Assembly: GCF_046119375.1 (NCBI RefSeq)
Contig: NW_027362767.1
Coordinates: 247,194,001 to 247,258,000, forward strand
Direction of reading: 5' to 3'
Source of the DNA: Phyllobates terribilis
Taxonomy: Eukaryota
DNA length: 64,000 bases
Shown here: piece after piece, positions 24,421 through 36,500 of the stretch
Position numbering within the stretch: position 1 is the stretch's first letter
How the letters are laid out: each line of letters opens with the position of its first letter
Made by a program: the position numbers and the translations under genes
Notes under the pieces: model-generated
The model's input: only the letters and a program-made list of their open reading frames with translations
Database searches by the model: none
Told to the model about the DNA's origin: nothing

Positions 24421-26654
24421 GAGCAGCTGGCGGCTCAGGAGATGCTCCTTATGGGTTATTCATCGCTCTCTCACCTATCCCCCGTGCATTATTCATGGGG
24501 TTTGGTGAATATGGATGTTCTGTGCGGCGGCTCTGATGTCTCCCCCTCCCTGATTATTCCTTTTCTTGCCTCCTCTACTTATTGTCTTTTCCACAAGCTC
24601 AAATTGTTATCAGTTTTTGATTGTTGCTTTAATTATAGCTGAGAAAGCTGGATGAGAACCCAGGAGGCCCATAATAGTGTTCTTAAAAGGTACAGGTGCA
24701 CCCAACTTTCTCAGACTCCTGAGAGGTAAACCTGCTTTTCCTGGGTCATTAATAGGGGATGTGCAAAACGAGAAAACATGGCTACAGCACCACCTCTGTC
24801 CACAGTCCGTATCTGGAACTGCAGCTCAGCCTTATTCACTGCAAAGAGTACAAGCCGCAGTACCAAACACTAATCCTGGGAGAAGTCAGCCATGTATCTA
24901 ATCCTGGCCAGCACTTCCTATCCAATGACGTACTGTTATGCCATGGAGCTGCACCCGCTCCACACTGGTTAGGTGCCAGCTGAGTTATACAGCCACCACC
25001 GGCCATTTATTAATATGGCCTAACTCCCATCACTGCTGTTTAACCACTTAAGTTTCGCCATTAATCCCCGAATAGCACTTAAATTGCACACTGTGAAGTG
25101 TTGGTTCGGGCACCCATCACCAACATGACAGAATAGCGAGTTACCAATGGTTTGCCACGTGGTGGTTTAAAGACCTGCTGAAGGCCCCTCTATCTCCGTC
25201 ATCTTGTGAAATTAAGACAACATGAATCAGAGTCCGGCAGCACGACTGCAAATAGGTATATATTTATCTAAAATGCTGCAGCGTTTCAGGGAAAATATAA
25301 TTACAAAATAAAGACGTGACTAGTCCAGCGCCACCCTCTGGCCAGCCTCTCCTGGCACCGCTCCAGGTGATTGACAGGTCTTTCCAATGCTAAAAAAATA
25401 AATCGAAAGATTCCAACGCTGAAAAAAATGGTGGAATTGCTGTTTTTTTTGTCCCCCCCCCCCTCTCGCCCCAAAAAAATGGAATAAAAGAGATCAGAAA
25501 GTAATTCGAACCCCAAAACGTTATCAATAAAAACTAGAACTCGTAGAATGGGAAAAAAAAAGTCCCAGTAAAACAATCAAGAAAATAAAAAGTTACAGAT
25601 CTTGGAAGGCGAGGAGGAAAGTAAAGAGGGGCCCACTGGGACTCTGTCATGTAAACGTGGAGCCGGTCCTGGTCTCATTGAAGTAAATGAAGCCAAGCTG
25701 CAATACCTCTTACAGCATGTGGGCAAGAGTGGAGCTGTTTCCAGAAAAAAAACAAAAAAACAAAACATAAGCCTAGGGATAAGGGATCCCTGAGTCAGAG
25801 AAGATTGCTGAAAGGAAATTGTGAAAAGAAAGCAAAAGAGCGATGGGGTCAAGATAATGCCTTTCACTAAACACTGAGGAGACCTGTGAGCCTAGGGATG
25901 GCAGCCAGGAATGAGAGGAATGCCATACAAAGACTGCACTTTGCATTACAACAGACTTGCTGATCCCTTCCCTGAGACAATACCATCATTAGTGTACAAA
26001 TAGACGTCTTAGAGTGCGGAGGAATTACCCTCCAGACCTGCCCCTCTGCACCTGCTGCTCATATTGGGGTTCAGTGTGAGCACCGGAGAACCTGCAGGAC
26101 ACATCACATGTAGACTCCAATAAGGGATTTGTCCAGTCTTATGGAAATGGAGCTTAATATACAGTGCTGCTTCAATTGCTTATCAAGATCTCTGCTTGCT
26201 GTCTGTGAATGAGAAAACATTTCCTGGTCTGAGTCCTGTTGACACAATATAAAAGATAGGGGATAGGGCATGTAATAAAGTATCCGCAGCGTGCCCAGAT
26301 ATTGTTGTAAACTCTCAGCCGTTTGAGCAGGATTATTAGATCAGGGCGCTATAAGCAATTATCCAAAAATACACCATCTACTTGAATCACTGCCTTTACA
26401 AGTGTCTGACTGCTTTTGGATAGTGGCTGTCCCAATTGAAGTACTTGTTCCCCCCTTCCTATATTTGAGGGAGGGCCAATTAATAGATTTTAATGCTATC
26501 CCAATCAGGAGGGAGTGCAGCTTTAAATGACAAGGGCAAATATAATTAAAGGGCTTCTATTACCAATGCTTAGCATCTATAGGGTAGATGATAAATGGTG
26601 GAGGACTCATTGCTGGGACCCCCCCGATCACAGCCCTATTCATCGTCTACTAGG

Positions 26655-27642
26655 CAGTGGTCACACAGGCACACTAGTGATTATATAGGAGTGAATACAG
26701 CGGTGGTCAAATATGCTCACTAGTGATTTTATAGGAGTGAATAGAGCGGTGGCCACACATGCTCACTAGTGATCCTATAGGAGTGAATAGAGCGGTAGTC
26801 ACACATGCTCACTAGTGATCCTATAGGAGTGAATAGAGCGGTAGCCACACATGCTCACTAGTGATCCTATAGGAGTGAATAGAGCAGTGGTCACGCATGA
26901 TCACTAGTGATCCTATAGGAGTGAATAGAGCGGTGGTCACGCATGCTCACTAGTGATCCTATAGGAGTGAATAGAGCGGTGGCCACACATGCTCACTAGT
27001 GATCCTATAGGAGTGAATAGAGCAGTAGTCACACATGCTCACTAGTGATCCTATGGGAGTGAATGGAGCAGTGGTCACACATGCGCACTAGTGATCCTAT
27101 AGGAGTGAATAGAGCGGTGGCCACACATGCTCACTAGTGATCCTATAGGAGTGAATAGAGCGGTGGCCACACATGCTCACTAGTGATCCTATAGGAGTGA
27201 ATAGAGCAGTAGTCACACATGCTCACTAGTGATCCTATGGGAGTGAATGGAGCAGTGGTCACACATGCGCACTAGTGATCCTATAGGAGTGAATAGAACG
27301 GTGGCCACACATGCTCACTAGTGATCCTATAGGAGTGAATAGAGCGGTGGCCACACATGCTCACTAGTGATCCTATAGGAGTGAATAGAGCAGTAGTCAC
27401 ACATGCTCACTAGTGATCCTATGGGAGTGAATGGAGCAATGGTCACACATGCTCACTAGTGATCCTATGGGAGTGAATAGAGCAGTGGTCACACATGCTC
27501 ACTAGTGATCCTATAGGAGTGAATAGAGCAGTAGTCACACATGCTCACTAGTGATCCTATGGGAGTGAATAGAGCAATGGTCACACATGCTCACTAGTGA
27601 TCCTATGGGAGTGAATAGAGCAGTGGTCACACATGCGCACTA
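26655..27642. repeat. 46-bp minisatellite, about 21 copies
   Basis: Unit CTAGTGATCCTATAGGAGTGAATAGAGCGGTGGCCACACATGCTCA; period confirmed from positions 26766 and 26812. Confidence 0.97.
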
Positions 27643-30600
27643 CAGAACAGTAGTGGGTTCCAACAGTCAACCAATATAGCAATCAAAAAAAGCTCTTCCA
27701 ACAGTCATTACCCGGTTCTCTTGCACTTCTAACCAGCAAACCAGTGTACTAGTGGATTTCCAGCTCCGGAGTCAGATCACCTCTGGCAGCCATATTGGTC
27801 ATAGCCATAATTATGGGATAGAAAGAGGCGACACACAGCTTACTTTATGCCACACCATTTTCTGTAAGGAAAGCCTACACTGATGCCAATTTTCCGTTCT
27901 GTACACCTGCCTGAAACACCATATTGAAACAGTCAAAAATACAAATCATCACTGGCGGTACAGCGCCAGGAGTTGGCAAGTAATAGTTGGTAGGCAATAA
28001 GTGAGATTTTGTGGCATGTGGCCACAAGGGAAATGGGGCACAAAAAAAAAAAAGGCGCCCGCTTATTCTGCATAAAGCGCACGGCCGTCCTAGAACAGCT
28101 GTTTGCATCCTGTGCAGTGAAAGCATTTAATAAAATGGCAGACAATGGGGTGCTGGAATAGAGGAGGACCCCTCGGCTGGGGTGACAATGGAGGCCTGCC
28201 CGCAGTAGCTTTGTTTGATCTGCAGCCTCTCAGCATAAGGAGTGAGGGGGTCAGCAAAAGTGAGAGGCCTTTTTCAGCCACTCCAGTGTATTCATGTGGT
28301 AATTGGGTGTCAAGCAGAGATCAGTGAGTCTCTCTGCCCGGGTTAAACTGCAGAAAAGAAAGAAAGAGTGAGCTGAAGCGATGGAGGATGTGAATACCAT
28401 CACAACCTGCAGGAAACTCCAGGCCTCCCCCCCATACCAGGCACTTGTGTTCCGGCTGAGGGAGGAGGAAGAAGTGGGGGCCCAGCGCATTCTTATTCAG
28501 GGAACCATTGAAAAGGCCATAACAATGCAGGAGAAGCCCTTCACAATGCACCCCCTGCTCGGCCTTCAATGCTCCGCTCTAAACAGCCATTTAACCTTCC
28601 AAAAAGACTGAAAGTGACACTAAAGCAGCAAACCAGGCTTTATCCCACCTCCCCCTCCCCTGGACCCTCACTGGGGCTGGAGGCCATTTGCACGGCGAAA
28701 GACAGGTTCCCCCAAAATGTGTTCTGAGAGTCAGATTAAGAAAGCAGAGCGCCCCCCCCGGACTCGAAATAAGCCGGAAACACCTATAAGGCCCATAAGT
28801 GGTATAAAGGTGCATTTCCATTACACATATATGGCACAAACACAAGATATCAGAGCAGTGGGCCCCACGACCCCCTGTTCGCTATTTCACAGCTGACAGA
28901 CAAGACAAGGCTGAATGATCTTCTTCATTGAAATCAATGGGGGTTACAGAAAAGGCAGCATGGGCAGATATCCATAGACTTCTATGGGAAAGGCGGCAGC
29001 TGTGAATCTGCTAAAAGGAGTCACAGGACCCCCCCCAGGCCAGCCAACCGGTGAGGACCAAGACCTAGCAGCTCGTTTTAAAGAGGTGGAACATTTCATT
29101 CTTACAGGGGGTTATGCTACAAATAATTTATCACCTATGCTAGGTGATCAATGTTTTATCACTCACAGTCTGACTGCTGGGACCCCCACTAATCTCAGGA
29201 AAAGGGGTCCCAAAACCAGTATGAATGCATGATCACTGCTCTATTTACTTCTCTGGAAGCAGCAGTGTGCATGCATGACCGGGAATGCGCATGCTCACTA
29301 CCGCTCCGCCTCCTTTAGTGTGATAGGTGGGGTTCTCAGCGATTAAAGGATATCCCCTTTAATGCATGTCAATAGAAGTTGTGATAAAACTGATCAGAGG
29401 GGGGCTCATGGGAACCCCAATAATCAGGAAAGTTTTGCTCCCATCAATGAAGTAGTGGCTATACAGTCACTGAATGGCAGGTCAAGCTCAAAATTGATGT
29501 GAACCCTCGGGTGACAAATGGAAAAGCCTGCCCTCAATTCGGCAAGTACAGAGTATGATTAAAAAGTTTTTATTCTCTAGAAACAGCGCCACTTTTGTCC
29601 ATAGTGGGTAGTGAAGAAAGATCAGTCCCATTCACTTTAATGGAGCCCAATTGCAGACCCATCCCATTAAGTGTTTTATTGGAAAACTCTTTAAAGAGGG
29701 TTTTCAGATGTTACGTAGGATAAAATAAAAAGTAAATGTAAATGAATTGCATACATAAAAGGTAAGAAACTCATACATCCAATGAATATTCTGCAGTTTC
29801 CACCTCCTATCACCTGCAGAATGAGAGTACTGCACACAGAACAGGCCGACAGCACAGGCCTATAACAGCCCCTAGTGGCCACCGTGAGTAATACAGGAAT
29901 AATGTTTTAGAGCAAATTTTAGGGATGAAAAAATAAAATAACAGAAAAATAAATTAAAACTGAAAAAAAGAACACACTAATCGGCATTTTTTTTTATTGC
30001 ACATGAAAAATCTTTTGTCATACAATGTATGTAACACAATTTGTGTGGAGAGACTACACTGGGGGAAGGGGAACAATTTTGGGGGGCATTTACAGTATCT
30101 GATTGTGCATTATCCAGGGGTTATTATGATGATGGGTGCCATATTTAAGCAGGCAATTGCTTCTGGGGGTTGTTACCAACTTTCCAAGGGTCCTGAATGG
30201 TCACATCCCCTACTTCTGGATTACATGACAACTTATGTTGGGACTGCATGTCAGTCCTAGTGGTTGTCAGCCCTTAAGTTTTGGCACCTAAGCACCAAAG
30301 AGAAGTATATAGTCCATTGAGATCCGTATACCTGGACCCACCTGATTATATACACATCTACTGATATGTTACATACAATACATGGATATAGAGCAGAGTG
30401 CGAGCTGGTGACTGGCAACGTACAAAGGACCGTGTTCCCCAATACTGCCATCAGGGCATGCTGGGAGTTGTAGTTTTGCAACATCTGGATAGCCACAAGT
30501 TGGGGACAATGACAAAATATCAGTCACCAAATCAGGAAACAGTCAGTTTAACCTTTGTGTGGTCTCTGCATTACCAAAATCAATATTGGTTCCCTTCCCA

Positions 30601-31065
30601 AATATATTATATACATTATTTCCCTGGTTAATATATCCAACATGACACTAACCCCTTGTGCACTTCAACCCAAAAAATAAATACATTTAAAACGTCAGGC
30701 ATTTCTAAGATAAATCTGCATCCTGGAAAAGCTGGGTGAAGGCCAATATGGCCGCCAAGGACCCTACATTCATCTTTCCTTTTCTAAACTGGGGGGGAAT
30801 ACAACCAGGTGTGGAACACAAGGTGGGAACTATAGTATGAACGCTAATAGCGGCCATATCAGTTGTCTGCCGGCTTTGCCAGGAAGGCACCTTGACAAAA
30901 GTAGGAGGGAATACTCGGATACAGTCTTTTCAAAGTAGAGAATACTCCCATCATCCAAACAGCAGGCAGATAGCAGCAAACAATTTGCAGGAATGGGGAG
31001 ATGATGACACAAACCAATGGGTCCCTACTACTCTGGGGCCCTAAGCTCAGATGCATAAGCTCACG

Positions 31066-31243
31066 GATGGCACAGGGCAGGGCAGGGCAAACCCCCCCCC
31101 CGCCCCAAAGATGGCACAGGGCAGGGCAACCCCCCCAAGCCATGGATGGCGCAGGGCAGGGCAACCCCCCCGAGCCACAGATGACGCAGGGCAACCCCCG
31201 TTGAACCACGCATGGCACAGGGCAGGGCAACCCCCCCCTGAGC
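31066..31243. repeat. Degenerate ~35-bp tandem repeat, 5 copies
   Basis: Recurrent GATGGCACAGGGCAGGGCAACCCCCC. Confidence 0.85.
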
Positions 31244-33559
31244 CACGGACAGTAGGCAAGGAGAGGAAGGGATGGCAGAAAGTTGCATGCAAGGTATAGG
31301 GAGAAAGGTGGGAAACGTGGACCTGGAGCCCTAAGTTTCCGGTATGGATCCCATGTACATGCAGTCATGGAGTGCTGCTGAGATAATGTATCCGGCGTTC
31401 ACGTGGCTTCATAATAAATAAAATGCTATAAAGACGCGAACACAACATAATGAAGAGAAAAAAACAGCATCGTCGTCCTCCGCAACCAATCCGAGCCCTG
31501 CTCTTATGCATTTACCTGGACACAGGAACCTGATTGGTTGACAGGGATGACAACACTTCTCGGCTACAATGATTCGGTGTGACATCGACGACATCATTTT
31601 GCATAGTTTATCATTTTCTGAGTAATGCAGTCTACAGCCTCGTATAAAAGTGACAGATATTACAGGATTCCATGTCCAAAGAAGTATAAATAGGGGGACC
31701 GACACCGCCATCTCCAGCCAGCACAATCCTATCATACGGGAACTGTAGGGTCCACAGCTAATGATCCTTCACCTATGTTACCTACTGAATGGAGTTTCCC
31801 TTTAAAGTGCCCTTTGGGCATTGGACTAGCCCATCTGATATAATGAACTGCTATGAACTGCAGAACAAAGATGGTACACGTGCGCTAAATGCAACACTGG
31901 GTAATGGGACCAACGACCCAATCAGACCAGACAGAACGGTTTGATTCTAAGCAAATCCCCTCTAAAGAGGAGGGTCCTGAACTGGATCAAAGGGTCTGGG
32001 CATAGCCCCCCCAAAAATTACTCCAAAGTGCCGCCACCAGGTGCTTCTCTTCTGTATAACATGCTGTTTCTAGCTGTAATCTGTTTATAGCAGCAAATAC
32101 GTGGAGACAGATTAAAAGAAGCCAGGGAGGGTCCCGGGTCACTGCCCCTCCCAGCGGAAAGGGGGGGTCAACGGAAAGCTCAACGGAAAGCGGGGGAGGG
32201 TCCCAGCCCCCTCTCAATGGGAAGCAGGGGAGGGGGCAGGTCTCTGTTCTTCTCAATGGGAAGCAGGTCCCTGTCTGCTCCTGCTCTCCTGTCTAACAAA
32301 CCTCATACATGCAGAACAAAGGTGGGATTTAAATTCAGAGCCAGCAAAATATTGGACACAGGTAGGAGCAATAAATGGTGAGAAGTGAAGGACAGGGAGT
32401 CCTAGCACCTATGGTGCTTGGAGAAGGCGGATGAGGAAGAACTGCTCATTGAAAAATGGTAGATGGCAATTTACAGAGCATAAAATCAGTACAGTTTCTG
32501 GACATATTAGACAGGTATGGGAACCAAAAGCAAATTTTACCTTTTACCATGCTTTTCTACAGGTTTTGGGTGAAAAAAAGATCCTAAAAGTTGTAAAATT
32601 GCCTGGGAAGGATTTAGTCTTTAATGATAATAAAAAAAAAAACAAAACATTGGGGTTGGGGCTGTCACCTGTCTGTATGGAAAGATAATGGCTGCCCCCG
32701 TTAAGAATACCGTTACTATAGTATTGTGGACCTCAGCCACTGAATCCATGCACTAGGAGAATAGCGGGGACTAATGCAGAGGAATTCATGACTGCAAGGA
32801 AATCATCTCACGGGAAGACTGAAAAATGCTCTAGAGGATCACAAGAAAAGCAAAAGGTTTTAAATAATAAGACCTGGATTAAGATGGAAAATAATGCCAG
32901 CCGTCTATACCATGCAACCAGGGACTTTACGGGTTGGATCGTGGGCACTTCCAGCACGGGCGCTGCTCGGGACGTGGTCAGAAGTCTACGTTATGGCTTG
33001 ATATTCTGCTGCCAGGGAAAGCATTGAGGGCAGAGGTATGTACATGTAGGCGGCCATCGACCCCACAACCCGGGATACAATACAGCAGACGGCGTGAAGA
33101 GCAGTGAGGTCCTGAATGGAGAGAAATACCATGTGCAGGTCCAGGTCTATGTACAAGCTCACAGCTTTATCTTCATAGTCCCGACACCTTGTCAATATGG
33201 TGCCATGATTACCGTCCCCCCGCAGATCACAGTATTGTCTGATAGAAGCACATATATTCCCTTCGTCATTTGAGCGACGAACCACGATCTGAACGGATTA
33301 ACATTTTCCAAACGGACTAAAAAAAAAAATAAATTAAAGTTTAAAACACAAAAGGTCCCTTTAAACGAGGGGGGGTCCGTACCCCATATCCCTCACATGC
33401 CGCCTTGATTTTCTGTAATACTTTGGTATGTGAATAGAATCTGTTGGATGTAAAAATAAAAAAGAAATCCGGTCTGCTCCCTGGGCCAACGTGCGTCACA
33501 ATACCAGGACCAAAGCGGGAAAAAAAAATGCATTAAAAAAAACAAAAAAAAAACGGAGG

Positions 33560-36500
33560 CTACAGCTTCAGCTTTCCTGATTGGATCTTTTGATAGGTTT
33601 CATCGTCCAAGCGGATGTACTTTCCTTGCTGGGAATCCAGGACGTACAAGGCGTCTTTCACCACGCTGGGATTAAAGCCTTCTTTCCTCATGTCTGTTTT
33701 TTGGAATTTATATGTTCCTGTGCAGACAGTAAATGGGATAATAAGTGTTAGTTGCATTTTTTTTTTCTTAAATTTCTTCCTCCAATCAGTGGAAGAGACT
33801 GAACCCAGATGAAATCATTAGGCACGTCGCAGTCCAGGAAGGGGGGGGGGTGAGAATGTGGATGGGGAACCATATGATCTACTGTGCGCCAACAGCGACA
33901 TCTGCTGGCTAACAGGGGGAACTACAAAATCTAATCCACTGGTGAAAAAATATAATATGGTTCCACCTGGCGAGATAGTAAGTAGTCTTCTGGTGCCACA
34001 TCTGCTTTAGAAAGCCACACAGTCATTTTATTATTCTGAACTCGTCCACAAAACTGGTCAGACTGGTGACCGGGTGTGTATGGAAGCACATTACTCTCTT
34101 TCCACTATTCAGAACACGTGCAGACATGGCCGAGCAAGCATGTGTAATGGGGACTGATAGAGATGCTGACTTGTTCGACCAACTGCTATGATGTGCATCA
34201 GCCACCTTAAAGGGGTTGTCTGAACAATATTTCCTATATATGTAGCATACAATTAAAAACAAGAAAACTGTACATTTATCTCCTAAACTATCACCACTTC
34301 TCCGATCTCAGTACTGTGTACCCCGCTGGTCTTCTGACAGCTGCGGCCAGTGATTGACAGCAGCCTTCACTTATTCCATAGGAACAGAAAACGCACTGAT
34401 GGAATAAGGCCACCGAGACAGGCAGGGAACTCAGATTTTCCCTAAGTGTATTTACCCCATGACTTCTCAGCAGAAATTAGGATCCAACTGGCCCACCACA
34501 TATCTATAGGACCCCTAATCTGGGTCAGAGATAAGTTTGGACCCAATCACTTTCTGCTGGGATCTATTTTGTCTGAGCGTTTCACAATGAACTTATTAAG
34601 CCTCATGGATGATCAGGCCTGTGTGAAGATGGGCCCCAAGAATAATCTTCTCTGATGGAGCCCACCGTGCGCAGCCACTAGTGCTACACGTACAGTCTTT
34701 ACCCTCTACATCTGTAGGGGGCACTCACCTGTTTTGTTGACCTTCGGCAGCAATCGGAGGAAGACTGGATGTGCGTACCCAGGCAGCGACTTCTTAAGGT
34801 CTTTAACAAATTTTACAAGATCGCTTTTCTGATCGGGGTCAGCGACGGCCGCCATGCCAGCTCTCCCTTCCGTTCCTAAGAAACAAATAAAAGACACAGT
34901 TTTAATACATTCCTGAGCACAAAGCCCTGAGATTCATGAAAAGAGATCGGCCATGTACCTGACACCTCCACTCCGTAGACCACCACGTCTGCTTGTTGGA
35001 GGAGTCTGCTCAGGATTCCTTCCACTTCTGTGGTGGACACATTTTCTCCTTTCCATCGGAAAGTGTCGCCCGTACGATCCCGGAAATACATATAGCCCAG
35101 CTCGTCCATAACCAGTACATCGCCTGGGAGAGGACAAATCAACAGTCGGGAGAGGACAAATCAACAGTCCGGGAGACGACAAATCAACAGTCCGGGAGAC
35201 GACAAATCAACAGTCCGGGAGACGACAAATCAACAGTCCGGGAGACGACAAATCAACAGTCCGGGAGACGACAAATCAACAGTCCGGGAGACGACAAATC
35301 AACAGTCCGGGAGACGACAAATCAACAGTCCGGGAGACGACAAATCAACAGTCCGGGAGACGACAAATCAACAGTCCGGGAGACGACAAATCAACAGTCC
35401 GGGAGACGACAAATCAACAGTCCGGGAGACGACAAATCAACAGTCCGGGAGACGACAAATCAACAGTCCGGGAGACGACAAATCAACAGTCCGGGAGACG
35501 ACAAATCAACAGTCCGGGAGACGACAAATCAACAGTCCGGGAGACGACAAATCAACAGTCCGGGAGACGACAAATCAACAGTCCGGGAGACGACAAATCA
35601 ACAGTCAGTACAAGGAACACTTCTCCATATTTTGGGTACCACTCTTACCGGAGAGATATGCCGTGTCTCCAGGTTTGAAGACATTATTGGCGATTTTCTT
35701 GTTAGTGGCGGACTGGTTTACGTAACCATCAAACCTTCTCAGCGGGTCGGACTGGATGATGCGGCCAACCAGCTGCCCAGGCTCTCCTGTGATAGAAGGC
35801 GGCACACGAATAAATGTCAGCTCCTCCATACTCACGATCGCCACCGATCAGAAACCAATGTGCAGCTACTTTATGAGATTGGAGTACCCCATACATGTGT
35901 CAGTGTACCTGGTACTGCAGTAAGGTCCCATCCACTGGAATAGGACTAACCTGCAGGACCAGAGGTGGCCATTATATGGACAAGTCGCGGTGAGTGTGTG
36001 GACGTGGCCATTGCTGGGTCCTTCAGAAGTTAAGACAGTTTTGGGGCTCACTCAAATTTAATCATATAGCACTTGGCCCAATATTATACTATGGATGCAG
36101 ATCTGTGATTTTTTTCTCATGCCGATTCAGCATGAGAAAACGAGTAATAATCGGGCAATAATCGGATAACGTGCATCCATACAAGTCTATGGGCGCGTGT
36201 GAAACATCAGACTGCTCTCGGATGCCATCCGAGTGCAGTCTGATTACCACGGACACAGAGAATGGAGAAATTACTTTCTTCATCTTCTTCACACCTGTGC
36301 TCCGACTCCATTTGCCTCATTATAGTGAGTGGTTCCATCGGGAATTTTGCCTTAATCGCGGTCTTGGGGATTTACATGGAAACCTTGGTGCAAGTGCTCA
36401 GCGGAGAGCGCAAGATAAATGTGAGCCGAGAATTATTCCAATTTTTTTGAGGGTGGAATGAACTTATAGACAGCAGTACAAGACTAGTTCTTGGTTTATT

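Noticed and set aside
26655-27642. CRISPR-like regular palindromic repeats
   Set aside because: The units are contiguous with no unique spacers, the DNA is eukaryotic and there are no cas genes. The same applies to the other arrays.
24420-31050. Plus-strand gene divergent from URM1 (X-box promoter; ORFs at 25602, 28381 and about 30880-31040)
   Set aside because: No consistent exon chain. The 25602 ORF overlaps a repeat also seen near 9.4 and 29.6 kb, and no protein was recognised.
33563-33574. FATP4 C-terminal KLKL as a peroxisomal PTS1
   Set aside because: LKL does not fit the (S/A/C)(K/R/H)(L/M) consensus.
34993-35943. 316-aa plus-strand ORF
   Set aside because: It is antisense to two SLC27A4 exons plus the 23-bp intronic VNTR.
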